DNA of 62,321 nucleotides, filler included, from Candidatus Coatesbacteria bacterium (GCA_016927185.1; 4 parts of 4 records of this genome joined end to end with filler, not necessarily neighbours in it), one strand, 5' to 3'; counted from the first letter of the whole stretch, positions 19,976 through 30,125 are shown. The notes: generated by a model not told the origin, from the letters alone. Program-made: numbers and translations.

Positions 19976-20734
19976 ATGAGAAAAATAAAAAAAATCACCG
20001 TCTATATATTATATAAGTTGAAATTATCTAATCCAATCTTCATATTCTTAGTGCTGGTATTTGTATCATGCACAAAAACAGGTAATATTAGTTTAGACAG
20101 AAACTATATTGAAACCTTCAAGCCATGGAAATCATTTTCTGCTGAAGGGAATATTACCTATAGAATAAAGAAGAACACATATGGTGCAAGTTATAATCTT
20201 GTTTACATAGAAAAAAAGGGAGTGAGATTAGACTTCATAGAATCATTGACTGGAACACTGCTTGCCAAATCTGTTATTAAAATAGATTCATTATTATTAT
20301 ATATGCCTTTTGATAAATCCTGCTTCATTATTCCTGTAAAAGAGCAATTGATAAGAAAGATTTCAGGTTTGCCAGTAAACGAATATGATATTAAATTACT
20401 GGTATCAGGATGTATAATAGATAAAAATGCAGAAAACATTACAATAATGAAAGATAATATCAGCTGGAAAATCAATGAAGATGTTTATACAATGGATATA
20501 AGAAACGGTTTTCCATCACTACTATCCAAGAAAACAAAAAACAAGCTGGTTTATCTGCTCAAATTCAAAGGTGTTCTGGAAAAGGTTGATTTCTTCATTC
20601 CCAGGTCATTCAGGATAGAATTTCCTGCTGAACAAATTATTGCAGAGATAAAGATAGATAAACTTGAGGCAAAGAAACTAGATGAGTCTTTACTGAAAAC
20701 AAAAATACCAGGAAATATCAAAATATATAGGTAG
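19976..20734 (+). CDS. Putative lipoprotein, LolB/DUF4292-like (start uncertain)
   Basis: Lipobox-like VFVSC; beta-rich body; ISGLPV motif. Confidence 0.5.
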   Translation: MRKIKKITVYILYKLKLSNPIFIFLVLVFVSCTKTGNISLDRNYIETFKPWKSFSAEGNITYRIKKNTYGASYNLVYIEKKGVRLDFIESLTGTLLAKSVIKIDSLLLYMPFDKSCFIIPVKEQLIRKISGLPVNEYDIKLLVSGCIIDKNAENITIMKDNISWKINEDVYTMDIRNGFPSLLSKKTKNKLVYLLKFKGVLEKVDFFIPRSFRIEFPAEQIIAEIKIDKLEAKKLDESLLKTKIPGNIKIYR

Positions 20735-20785
20735 TATAGAATGCCTGCCTTGACAAACTTATCTGAAAATAAAAGATAGGCATTT

Positions 20786-21394
20786 ATGGATTATGAACAT
20801 TTTTGTATAGTTCTGAGCGGACCTTCAGGAGTAGGCAAGACAACTATATCAAGAAGGCTTCTGGAAATGGATGACAATCTAGCTCTTTCAATAAGCTTTA
20901 CAACAAGAAAATGCAAAGCAGGCGAGATTGAAGGACTTCACTATTTTTTTGTAGATGAAGATAAATTCGAATATCTTATTGCGTCAAGAGCTTTGCTTGA
21001 ATATACTTATGTATACGGGAATTATTATGGCACTGCAAGGGAGACACTTGAATGCTTTTTTGAAAAAGGAAAGGATGTAATTCTTGATATAGATTTTGAA
21101 GGGGCTTTGAATTTCAAGAGAATCCTGGGGCCTCGTTCCTTGCTCATATACTTGCTTCCCCCTACCCTTCTTGAACTGAAGAAAAGGCTTGAAAACAGAA
21201 TGAGGGAAGATGAAAAAGAGATTTCGAAGAGATTCTCTGAATTCAAAGACGAGTTCAAGTATTTTCCTTTATATGATTACTGGATTATTAATGATGATCT
21301 TGAATCTGCTGTAAATGATATTTCTAACATAATAAACTGTGAAAGAATGAGGATCAAGAGACTGGTGAATCTGCCAGAGGGATTTTTCAAGTAA
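20786..21394 (+). CDS. gmk: Guanylate kinase
   Basis: GPSGVGKTT, SFTTR, GEIEGLHYFF, GNYYGT, LDIDFEGA. Confidence 0.95.
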   Translation: MDYEHFCIVLSGPSGVGKTTISRRLLEMDDNLALSISFTTRKCKAGEIEGLHYFFVDEDKFEYLIASRALLEYTYVYGNYYGTARETLECFFEKGKDVILDIDFEGALNFKRILGPRSLLIYLLPPTLLELKKRLENRMREDEKEISKRFSEFKDEFKYFPLYDYWIINDDLESAVNDISNIINCERMRIKRLVNLPEGFFK

Positions 21395-22788
21395 TGGCTG
21401 AACAAACAAGAAAACAGTTAGAACCAAATAGCCTGGATGCCGAGAAAGCTATACTGGGAGCAATGCTTCTTGACAGGGAAGCGATAAGCAAGGTTTTGGA
21501 GAAACTCACTCAAAAGAGTTTTTACTTTTCTGCTCATAAGGAAATATTTGAAGTAGCATCAGAGCTTCATGACAAGGGGATAGAAGTTGATATTATTACT
21601 GTAGGACAGGCTCTTCAGGACAAGAATATACTTGATAAAACTGGAGGATTGGAGTATCTGACAGAAATTTCCAATATGCCTGTAACTTCTTCCAATTTAA
21701 GAGATTATATACAAATTGCCGAAGAAAAGGAATTATACAGAAACCTTATACATGATTCAAGTGAGGTTATGAAAAAGGCACTGAATCAAGAAGTTCCAGT
21801 AGAGGAGCTTCTTGAGGAAGCTGAAAAAAACATATTCGGATTAGCTGAAAGAAGATTCAGGACAGGTTTTGTACCAATAGAGAAACTTATAGGTCCAACT
21901 CTTGAAGATATAGAAAGACACACCTTTTCTGAACACAAGTTAAGTGGTATTCCGACAGGATTCAATGGACTGGATAACCTGCTTGGGGGATTGCAGAATG
22001 CAAACCTTATAGTAATAGGAGCAAGACCTGGAGGTGGGAAAACAGCTTTTGCTTTGAATATTGCTTTGAATGCAAGTCTTATTAATCATCCTGTTGGTGT
22101 CTTCTCTCTTGAAATGTCATCACAGCAACTGCTAAAAAGATTGCTTTCTGCTCATTCAAGAGTGAGTATTTTCGATCTTCAGAGAGGTGAAGTTCATCAT
22201 GAAAAACTGGAGATCGTTCATGGTGCAGTCAATGAACTTGTGAAAACACCTGTTTTCATTGATGATACTTTCGATTTGACGCTTCTTGAAATGAAAAGCA
22301 AGGCAAGAATTCTTAAAGCCGAAAAAAATGTTAAATTACTAATAGTTGATTATCTTCAGCTATTGACTCCTTCCAATCCCAAAGGTGACAAAGCAAGATA
22401 TCAGGAAATAGGAGAAATGACAAGAGCTTTAAAGGGTCTGTCAAAAGAGCTTAATATCCCGATTGTTGCCCTGTCACAGCTTAGCAGGGAAACAGAGAAA
22501 CTTGAACGTCCCCCCAAATTATCTGATTTAAGGGAATCTGGTTCTATTGAACAGGATGCAGATGTAGTGATTTTTCTTCATATGGAAAGTACAAGAAAAA
22601 AGAAAACAGAAGGCTCTGAAGAGGAGGAAGAAATCGAAGAAGTAATGGACAATTATCTTGTTCCAATACAGATTATAGTAGCAAAACAGAGAAATGGTCC
22701 TACTGGAACAATAAAGCTGATTTTCAACAAACAATGCTCCAGATTTGATCAAATATTACAGGGAAGTGAAGATGAACCAGCTTTCTAG
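21394..22788 (+). CDS. dnaB: Replicative DNA helicase
   Basis: ARPGGGKT, FSLEMS, VDYLQL, LSQLSR, SDLRESGSIEQDAD, AKQRNGPTG; TAATG coupling to gmk. Confidence 0.95.
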   Translation: MAEQTRKQLEPNSLDAEKAILGAMLLDREAISKVLEKLTQKSFYFSAHKEIFEVASELHDKGIEVDIITVGQALQDKNILDKTGGLEYLTEISNMPVTSSNLRDYIQIAEEKELYRNLIHDSSEVMKKALNQEVPVEELLEEAEKNIFGLAERRFRTGFVPIEKLIGPTLEDIERHTFSEHKLSGIPTGFNGLDNLLGGLQNANLIVIGARPGGGKTAFALNIALNASLINHPVGVFSLEMSSQQLLKRLLSAHSRVSIFDLQRGEVHHEKLEIVHGAVNELVKTPVFIDDTFDLTLLEMKSKARILKAEKNVKLLIVDYLQLLTPSNPKGDKARYQEIGEMTRALKGLSKELNIPIVALSQLSRETEKLERPPKLSDLRESGSIEQDADVVIFLHMESTRKKKTEGSEEEEEIEEVMDNYLVPIQIIVAKQRNGPTGTIKLIFNKQCSRFDQILQGSEDEPAF

Positions 22789-24328
22789 AAAGACAAGATT
22801 GTTTTTTCTTTTAATTATCATCCTTAATTCATCATGTCTTAGTGGTGGCAAGAAAAGTGAAGAGAGGAGTTTGGATAAAAACCCAAATAAAAGGAAGTAT
22901 AATATGGAAATTGATGATGTTCTTGCAGGGAGATGGTATACAGCTAATCCGAAAGACTTGAAAGAGGAGCTTCAGAAATATCTGGATGGAACTGATACAA
23001 TTTCATTCAATAATGAGGTTAAAATCGGTCTTGTTCCGCATGCAGGACTTATATATTCAGGACCAGTTGCTGCATATACTTATAAGGCAGCAAGCAAAAG
23101 AAAAATAGATACAGTAATAATTCTGGGCTTCTTTCACAGGATTTTCTATGACAAGATCTTTCTGCTGCCTGGCGGTATTGTCAAGACACCTTTGGGAGAT
23201 ATAGAAATTGATGAAGATATTTCCGGAAAAATCAGCAAGATCTGTTCTAAATTTGCTTATGACAGCTCCGTTTTAAGGAAATTGAACTCTGAGGGTGAGA
23301 ATTCCCTTGAGCTTAATTTTCCTTTCATTAAGCATGTATTTCCAGATGCAAAAATAGTCCCGATATATTATGCCCAGAATGATTATCAAACACTTATTGA
23401 ATCAGCAAATGCAATTGCCACCATCCTGAAAGAAAGCAATAAGGAAATTCTCTTGATAGTCAGCTCAGATCTTTCCCATTTCAACAATTCAAAAGTAGCT
23501 GATTCACTTGACAATATTACCCTGGAAGGTATATTATCTGAAGACCCCAAAGTATGGAATATAAAATGTGCCAATTCGCAGGGTGCTTGTGGCAAGGATC
23601 CTATAACAGTAGCAAAACTGATATCCCAGTTGCTGGGATACAAGTCGCTATTACTCAAGCATTCCCATAGTGGTAAAGTGAGTGGAGATAATTCTCAGGT
23701 AGTTGGTTATGGAAGCATAATATGGACTGGTGAAAAATTGGAAAAAAAGACTGCTGAAAAAGGAGCTATAGAGGTTTCAGATGAACTGAAAACCAGGATG
23801 CTGTCTTATGTAAGGAAAAGCATAAATGAATATGTCAAGAATGGAAAGAAAATAAAGATAGACGACCAGGAAGATATCTGGAACAAAAATCTTGGATTGT
23901 TTGTAACCTTGAAAAAGGCTGGAAATCTTAGAGGTTGTATTGGTTATATAGAAGGTTATCAGGCACTGAGAAATTCCCTGGTGGATCTTTCCATAGCAGC
24001 ATCTACAAAAGACCCAAGATTCGAACCAATCAACAAGGATGAGATAGACTCTCTTCATATAGAGATTTCCATTTTATCCCCGATATATGATGTAAATGAT
24101 GTAAAAGAAATAAAAGTGGGACGCGATGGAATAATTATAAAGAAAGGATTTTACCAGGGTTTGCTGCTTCCACAAGTTGCAACTGAATATGGATGGGATC
24201 TTGAGACATTTCTGGAGCATACTTGTGAGAAAGCAGGATTATCATCTGATTCATGGAAGGATAAGAAAACTCAAATAAAACGTTTTTCCGCAACAATTTT
24301 TCAGGAAAAAGAAGGAGGAAAAAAATGA
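22772..24328 (+). CDS. MEMO1 (AmmeMemoRadiSam B) plus AMMECR1 (AmmeMemoRadiSam A) fusion with lipoprotein-type signal
   Basis: Signal ending LNSSC; AGRWY, PHAGLIYSG, SSDLSH, CG, VVGYG (MEMO); FVTL...LRGCIG, DPRF, LLLPQVA, KAGL (AMMECR1). Confidence 0.85.
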   Translation: MNQLSRKTRLFFLLIIILNSSCLSGGKKSEERSLDKNPNKRKYNMEIDDVLAGRWYTANPKDLKEELQKYLDGTDTISFNNEVKIGLVPHAGLIYSGPVAAYTYKAASKRKIDTVIILGFFHRIFYDKIFLLPGGIVKTPLGDIEIDEDISGKISKICSKFAYDSSVLRKLNSEGENSLELNFPFIKHVFPDAKIVPIYYAQNDYQTLIESANAIATILKESNKEILLIVSSDLSHFNNSKVADSLDNITLEGILSEDPKVWNIKCANSQGACGKDPITVAKLISQLLGYKSLLLKHSHSGKVSGDNSQVVGYGSIIWTGEKLEKKTAEKGAIEVSDELKTRMLSYVRKSINEYVKNGKKIKIDDQEDIWNKNLGLFVTLKKAGNLRGCIGYIEGYQALRNSLVDLSIAASTKDPRFEPINKDEIDSLHIEISILSPIYDVNDVKEIKVGRDGIIIKKGFYQGLLLPQVATEYGWDLETFLEHTCEKAGLSSDSWKDKKTQIKRFSATIFQEKEGGKK

Positions 24329-24519
24329 TTACCAAAGACATGCCAATAACCAGGATAATTCAACAATACCCGGAGACAAGAGCAGTTTTTGCAGGATATA
24401 ATCTGGGTTGCCTTGGGTGTCTTGCTGCTAGTGGAGAGTCTCTTGAACAAGGTCTTGCTGTTCATGGACTTAACGTAGAAAAGGTACTTAAAGATCTTAA
24501 TGAAGCAATAAAGAAGTAA
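24325..24519 (+). CDS. DUF1858 / hybrid-cluster-associated CxxC redox domain protein
   Basis: ITKDM.I...YPET..VF...GCLGC...ESLEQG..VHG; GGAGG RBS. Confidence 0.8.
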   Translation: MITKDMPITRIIQQYPETRAVFAGYNLGCLGCLAASGESLEQGLAVHGLNVEKVLKDLNEAIKK

Positions 24520-24534
24520 GCAAAGGAGTAAAAA

Positions 24535-24732
24535 ATGATTACAAAAGATATGTCGATATCACAGATATTGCAGGAACATCCTGAAACTGTAAATGTATTC
24601 GCCAAGTTCAATCTAGGATGTATTGGCTGCTGGGCATCCAGGTATGAGACACTTGAACAGGGAATTCTCGCTCATGGGGCAGATCTTGATGTTGTTTTAA
24701 AAGAACTGAATGATTCAATAGAAAAAAAATAG
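24535..24732 (+). CDS. DUF1858 / CxxC domain protein (tandem paralog)
   Basis: GCIGC...ETLEQG...HG; 36/64 identical to the upstream copy by manual alignment. Confidence 0.8.
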   Translation: MITKDMSISQILQEHPETVNVFAKFNLGCIGCWASRYETLEQGILAHGADLDVVLKELNDSIEKK

Positions 24733-24733
24733 T

Positions 24734-26116
24734 TTGCGATTCTTTTTCAGTTTTTTCTTGCTGAGTTTCCTGGCATCAGGTTTGCTTTATGGATCTTTGC
24801 CACAAATTATTGATTGGCAAAGCTTTATACCAGATTCATTGAGAGTTGGAGATAATTTCAAACTGTTCAGGACAGATACTCTCAAATATGGAGAGAATAT
24901 ATATCATATAGGACAATTCCTTCATGATAAGGATAAGTGCAGGAATGTTGTCATTGTAAGGCAAGTCGGTAATCAATTCATTCAGTTTTTCAATACATTG
25001 ACAATGGAAAACGGGATGTATAAAAAAATGATTAATTTCCAGGCAGCGGATCTTGATGGAGACAAGTTACCTGAGCTAATCGGAGCCGTATATATTAATG
25101 AGGAAGGAACAGGTTCTTTCAATGCCCTTGTAATCTGGAAATATTTACAGGGAAGATTCAGGCAGGTTTTCAAGACTGAGGATTTCCTTCTGGAAGGAGC
25201 ACTTGTTGATTTCCAGGTTGATGATTTCAATGACGATGGCAAATCTGAAATCTATATCGGAATTCTGAATTCAAGAAGAGGCTTTCTCTCACCATATATA
25301 TTCTCATTTAATGATGACCTGGATGATTATCTTCAAATATGGCCTCAAAAAGAGCTTAGCTTGGGAGAGTTCGGTTCTGTTATTTTCAATGATTATGACA
25401 AGGATGGGACTAAAGAGCTGCTAGTATCCCAGCTAGTTTCGCTGGGAACAGGAGATCATTCACCTTCCAAAAAGCTTTTCTTCAAGGAATTACAGGTCTA
25501 CAGATGGAGAGATCAGGAGCTGTATCTGTTATCTGATTTGACTTGCATATCAAGGAATTATGAATTCATTTTCAACAAGCTCCTCTCAAGGGAGCAAAGA
25601 GTTTCGGCAGTTCCTTCTTCACTCAGCCATCTCTTTCTTAATACATCAGACGTAGAAGAGCTTTTTAAATTGCTTCCAAAAGATGCCGTAATTGCTGATG
25701 CTGTATGGTTTACCAAAGAAATGCCTCCTTCAGAAGTCTATTGCTTTAACGACTCACTTATTACAAGCAGATATCCATCTTATACTCCTTTTCTAAAGTT
25801 GAGTTCAGGAGAAATTGGAGTAGTGTTCTTCATGCATGATGTTTCTATAAAGGATACTCCATTAATAGATGATAAGGCTTATCTTAATTCAGAGGGGTAT
25901 TACTTATATGTAAGGGTTTTCAGAAGGAGAATGCAGTTCTGGGAAATGGTATGGGAGAGTCCTCAACTGGCAACAGGAAAAATGTTTACTGATATGTATT
26001 TCTATAGACTTAATATGAATGGAAACAAAATAGAAGTAACTTTCCGAAGCCTTGATGGAAGAACTAGAAATGTCTCTTCTGTTTATCCCCTTCCTCTGCT
26101 TAAGGAATTCAATTAA
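24734..26116 (+). CDS. Secreted FG-GAP/VCBS-repeat protein
   Basis: Signal peptide; ADLDGDKLPELI, DDFNDDGKSEIYI, NDYDKDGTKELLV calcium-binding motifs. Confidence 0.65.
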   Translation: MRFFFSFFLLSFLASGLLYGSLPQIIDWQSFIPDSLRVGDNFKLFRTDTLKYGENIYHIGQFLHDKDKCRNVVIVRQVGNQFIQFFNTLTMENGMYKKMINFQAADLDGDKLPELIGAVYINEEGTGSFNALVIWKYLQGRFRQVFKTEDFLLEGALVDFQVDDFNDDGKSEIYIGILNSRRGFLSPYIFSFNDDLDDYLQIWPQKELSLGEFGSVIFNDYDKDGTKELLVSQLVSLGTGDHSPSKKLFFKELQVYRWRDQELYLLSDLTCISRNYEFIFNKLLSREQRVSAVPSSLSHLFLNTSDVEELFKLLPKDAVIADAVWFTKEMPPSEVYCFNDSLITSRYPSYTPFLKLSSGEIGVVFFMHDVSIKDTPLIDDKAYLNSEGYYLYVRVFRRRMQFWEMVWESPQLATGKMFTDMYFYRLNMNGNKIEVTFRSLDGRTRNVSSVYPLPLLKEFN

Positions 26117-26196
26117 CAATATTGGATTTAATGCTTTACATAAATACTCTTAATATGAAAACTGACAATATTAACTAATTACTTAAGGAGTTTTAC

Positions 26197-28023
26197 ATGC
26201 TTCGAAATAATAATATTGTAATTTTTCTTGTTTTTGTTTTTCTTCTAATTTCATGCTCTGCAAAGAATGATAACCAGAAAAAGGATATTAAGAAAGATGA
26301 TTCTGTGAAAAAAGATGCTGAAACTGAATTGACAATGAAATACTACAAGGATGCAGAACTTGATTTTGATGATCCTATGCCAAGAGGCAAGGGAGAGCTT
26401 AAGAAAGAAGATATATCAAAGGTAGAGCAATGGATTTTCTTTTTCAAGGATTCTCAGCTGCATAAGATAGAAGTTCATAATGCATATGGCAAACTGGATG
26501 ATGCTCACGGATTCTCAACCTGGAAGTTCGAATATGATGAAAAAAAGAGAATAAAAAAATCTTCTTTTTATGATAAATATGACAGACCGGTAAAAAACAG
26601 GAGAGGAGTCTACTCTGTATCATACAAGTATCCCGATGAAAAGACAAGAATTGAAATGTACATGGATAAAAAAGGTGAATTGATGAGAGATATTGAGCTG
26701 AGCGTCGGAAGCAAATTCACCCTCGGAAATGATGGTAAACCTATTGAACAGTTTTATCTTGGCTACAAGGAGCAAGTTGTTCTCAATTTATATAAGATTG
26801 GGGGACAGAAATTCACAAGAGACAGTAGTGGAAAGATAATAAAAGTTGAGTTTCTTGATTTGGAAGGAAAACCGATTGCCAGATATATGGACAAGGCAGC
26901 CAGTTTTGAAATCAAGTATGATGAAAGAGGAAATGCTATAGAGAGGAGATACTTCGACGAGAAGGGAAAACTTGTTGAAAGCTTAGAGGGATTTGCAGTT
27001 GCCAGACAGGAATTTGACGAATTCAATAATCCCCAGAAACTGGTAGTCTATGATGCAAAGGAGCAGATAAAGTTCCAGACAAAGACAGAATCAAATAAAT
27101 ATGGCCAGCCAAGCTGGAAGGCATATTTCGACAAGAACGACAAACCAATTCCATACAAGGGAAAGATACACAAGGAAAAATACACTTATAACGATCATGG
27201 TCAGGAATTGACTATATCATTCTTTGATGTAACTGATAAACCTGCAACGGATCAGAATGGTGTTCATAAGGTCATGAACAAGTATGATGAGAAAGGTAAT
27301 CTTCTTGAAAGAAGTTACTTCAATCTAGAAGGAAATCTGAAGGCATTGAAGGATGGAATTGCAAGTACGGTATATACTTACGATGATGATGGAAATGTAA
27401 CTTCAAAGAAATATCTGAATGAAGAGAATAAGCTGATTGAGGATACGGAAGGCATTGCACTTTACAAGTATAAAAGAGACAAATTTGGAATGCCTGTTGA
27501 GGAATTCTACTTCAATAAGGATGAGAAACCTGTAAAGAACTCATTCTTCATTTATGGTGTGAGGAACAAATTTGATGAAGATGGTAATATAATAGAAGAA
27601 TACAATCTGGATGAGAAAGGTCAACTGATGGCTAATAAAAGCGGCTTCTATTCATACAAGAATGTATTCGACAAAGAAGGAAACCGAACCGAAAGAACTG
27701 GTTATGACAAGGATGGAAAGATAGCTGCCAATCCTGAAGGAATTGCAACCCTGAAGATAAAATATAATGAACAGGGCAAGCCTCTTGAAGTAGGGGCATA
27801 TGGAATTGATGGAAAGCTTGTAAACCCGAAAAGCAGACCTGCAGTTGAGAAATATATCTATGGGGTGACTGGAGTCAACTGGATTGAACAGTCTTTTTTT
27901 GATGCTGAAGGAAATCCCACTGAATTCAAGGGAGTTCATAAGATAAAGCTTGTTAAACAGGGAGACAAGGAAGGTTATGTTCCATATGACAAGAGTGGCA
28001 AGCCAGTAATGATGAAACAATGA
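26197..28023 (+). CDS. Lipoprotein built of ~32-aa YD-like repeats
   Basis: Lipobox LLISC; repeats (Y/F)DExGNxxExxY(F)xxxGK with 32-residue period over the C-terminal two thirds. Confidence 0.75.
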   Translation: MLRNNNIVIFLVFVFLLISCSAKNDNQKKDIKKDDSVKKDAETELTMKYYKDAELDFDDPMPRGKGELKKEDISKVEQWIFFFKDSQLHKIEVHNAYGKLDDAHGFSTWKFEYDEKKRIKKSSFYDKYDRPVKNRRGVYSVSYKYPDEKTRIEMYMDKKGELMRDIELSVGSKFTLGNDGKPIEQFYLGYKEQVVLNLYKIGGQKFTRDSSGKIIKVEFLDLEGKPIARYMDKAASFEIKYDERGNAIERRYFDEKGKLVESLEGFAVARQEFDEFNNPQKLVVYDAKEQIKFQTKTESNKYGQPSWKAYFDKNDKPIPYKGKIHKEKYTYNDHGQELTISFFDVTDKPATDQNGVHKVMNKYDEKGNLLERSYFNLEGNLKALKDGIASTVYTYDDDGNVTSKKYLNEENKLIEDTEGIALYKYKRDKFGMPVEEFYFNKDEKPVKNSFFIYGVRNKFDEDGNIIEEYNLDEKGQLMANKSGFYSYKNVFDKEGNRTERTGYDKDGKIAANPEGIATLKIKYNEQGKPLEVGAYGIDGKLVNPKSRPAVEKYIYGVTGVNWIEQSFFDAEGNPTEFKGVHKIKLVKQGDKEGYVPYDKSGKPVMMKQ

Positions 28024-28565
28024 GTAAACCTTGCAGATACAGTATTGAAATAGAAGCAAGCGGAAAATGGACAGAATATTGCCATGCAATATATTCACTC
28101 AAGGATGACAAGAGGAGAGACTGGGAGTATATAAGAAGAAAAGACGAAATCTCTACAGTAGCAATTTTCGCTTATTTTGATACAAAAGACAGGTTTCTTC
28201 TCATCAAGCAATACAGACCATCACTTGATAAATGGACTATTGAGTTCCCTGCCGGATTGGTTGGCAAGGAAGAGACTATTGAAGCAGGTGCATTGAGAGA
28301 GCTTTTTGAAGAAACCGGATATAGCGGGAAAATAGAGAAAATAACCCCCCAATTATGCAATACCCCAGGTTTAAGTGATGAAACTGTTCAACTGGTTTAC
28401 GTGAAAGTTTTTGAAGGAAAGAGAGAGAAGCAATGTCTTGAGGAAGAAGAGCTTATCGAGGTTATAGAGCTTGATAAGAAAGACGTTACATCTTTCATTG
28501 AATCTTCTATCAAGTCTGGATATATAATTGATGCGAAAGTCTGGGCTTTCCTGACGTCAATCTGA
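28020..28565 (+). CDS. NUDIX hydrolase (ADP-ribose pyrophosphatase-like)
   Basis: KQYRP, EFPAGLV...ALRELFEETGY Nudix box. Confidence 0.85.
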   Translation: MSKPCRYSIEIEASGKWTEYCHAIYSLKDDKRRDWEYIRRKDEISTVAIFAYFDTKDRFLLIKQYRPSLDKWTIEFPAGLVGKEETIEAGALRELFEETGYSGKIEKITPQLCNTPGLSDETVQLVYVKVFEGKREKQCLEEEELIEVIELDKKDVTSFIESSIKSGYIIDAKVWAFLTSI

Positions 28566-28576
28566 AAGGAGATACT

Positions 28577-28999
28577 ATGCAATACAAGAAATTCAATGAT
28601 GTTTATGTACTGAGACTTGAAAAAGGTGAGGAAGTACATACTGAGCTAAAAAAATTCGCAATGGAGAATAATTTCAAGGGTGGATATATCTTTGGAATAG
28701 GTGCTCTTATTGATATAAAAATAGGTTACTATAGCCTTGAAACCCAGGAATATGTAACAAGAGATTTCAAGAACGGAATGGAAGTCACTGGGCTTATGGG
28801 GAATCTGAGCGTGCTTAATAATGAACCGTTTTTTCATTTGCATGTGAATCTTGGAGATGAGAATTTCAGCTTGTATGGAGGACACCTTGTATCTGGCACG
28901 GTTTCAATAACGCTTGAACTTATATTCAGACCTTTTGATGATGAATTAACAAGGGCATTTTATGAAGTGGAGAAATTCAATCTTCTGAAACTGAGATGA
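28577..28999 (+). CDS. PPC/DUF296 domain protein
   Basis: LRLEKGEE, GIGAL, FHLHVNLG, GGHL. Confidence 0.85.
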   Translation: MQYKKFNDVYVLRLEKGEEVHTELKKFAMENNFKGGYIFGIGALIDIKIGYYSLETQEYVTRDFKNGMEVTGLMGNLSVLNNEPFFHLHVNLGDENFSLYGGHLVSGTVSITLELIFRPFDDELTRAFYEVEKFNLLKLR

Positions 29000-29610
29000 A
29001 ATACAAAATAGTCTTATTTCTTGTAATTCTAATTTCAGCTTTTTCCTGCTCTATGCGAAAGAAACCGGTTGATCAAGGCAAAAAGGAAATATCACAAACA
29101 AGAAAAGACGATATCATCCCTTCAAAAATCAATGCAGTGAAATCAGTGAAGTATTCAACAAAAAAGGGAAAAGATGAGAAAAGGGATTTTGAAATCCACA
29201 TATTGCAAAAAGATGCTTCTCTGGAAGGAATTGTCAGGGAAAAAGGAAATGAAATTTGCAGTTTCAAAATAAGTCAGGCAGAAACAAGCAAGCCAATTGC
29301 AATCAAGATTATCAGGAATGAAAAGCAGTATGATTTTTCAAGGATTGCAGAACATGACATGGTCATTTCAAAACTTCTTGATTTAATAAGCAAGGAATCA
29401 CTTCATGACTATATAGAAAAAAACAAGAAGGGAAGGGATATGGTTATGTCTCCTTCTGGTCCTCTTAACTGCATATTCATTAAAGCAGATTTTATTTCTG
29501 ATAAATCTAGAATCTACTTCAGTTCAAAGGCTCCACTATTGGGAATAGTAGCAATAAGTGATGATGATTACTTGCTGGAATGGGCTGGAAGTGAAACAGA
29601 AGAGAATTGA
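28996..29610 (+). CDS. Hypothetical lipoprotein
   Basis: Signal ending AFSC; ATGA coupling to the upstream gene. Confidence 0.6.
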   Translation: MKYKIVLFLVILISAFSCSMRKKPVDQGKKEISQTRKDDIIPSKINAVKSVKYSTKKGKDEKRDFEIHILQKDASLEGIVREKGNEICSFKISQAETSKPIAIKIIRNEKQYDFSRIAEHDMVISKLLDLISKESLHDYIEKNKKGRDMVMSPSGPLNCIFIKADFISDKSRIYFSSKAPLLGIVAISDDDYLLEWAGSETEEN

Positions 29611-29630
29611 ATCTTTTGAAAGGAGTTCTT

Positions 29631-30125
29631 ATGCCAGAGGATTTTAAACAGGATAATTTCAGGCAGAGACAGGAAACCGATGATGATAAATTCAAAAGTG
29701 ATATTCCTGATCCTGAAGAAGTTTATAATCCTAAATATCACAAGAAAAATTCAGGTTATGATAATATTGGCATTTATCCAGATAATGAAGAAAGAAATAT
29801 GTCCATGTTAACGCATCTGGCAGGTTTTGCAATGTACATATTCCCTGCAGCAGGCAATATAATCGGTCCACTTCTTGTCTGGCTATCACAGAAAGACAAA
29901 TCTGAATTCATAAACCAGCATGGAAAGGCAGCCTTGAATTTCCAGATTTCATTCACTATATATTATACCATAACTGCCTTGTTAGCCTTGTTTTCTTTCG
30001 GAATTTTATTTTTTCTTCCTGGAATAGTATGGATATTTCATACAATATACATGATATTGATGGCTATAAAGGCAAAGAATGGTGAGGAAACAAGCTGTCC
30101 ATTTTCTTTTCCATTCCTGAAGTAA
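29631..30125 (+). CDS. DUF4870 membrane protein
   Basis: ATG at 29631 after AGGAG; HLAG...GPLLVWL..KD.S.FI..HGK.ALNFQIS. Confidence 0.8.
   Translation: MPEDFKQDNFRQRQETDDDKFKSDIPDPEEVYNPKYHKKNSGYDNIGIYPDNEERNMSMLTHLAGFAMYIFPAAGNIIGPLLVWLSQKDKSEFINQHGKAALNFQISFTIYYTITALLALFSFGILFFLPGIVWIFHTIYMILMAIKAKNGEETSCPFSFPFLK

Noticed and set aside
21394-22788. Intein or mobile insertion in DnaB
   Set aside because: Length is normal (464 aa); only a short charged loop (KKKTEGSEEEEE) is inserted.
24325-24732. Selenocysteine in DUF1858 CxxC motifs
   Set aside because: All four positions are TGC/TGT; there is no in-frame TGA.
26197-28565. RHS toxin-immunity pair
   Set aside because: No RHS core or DPxG motif and no toxin tip; the downstream gene is an ordinary NUDIX hydrolase.
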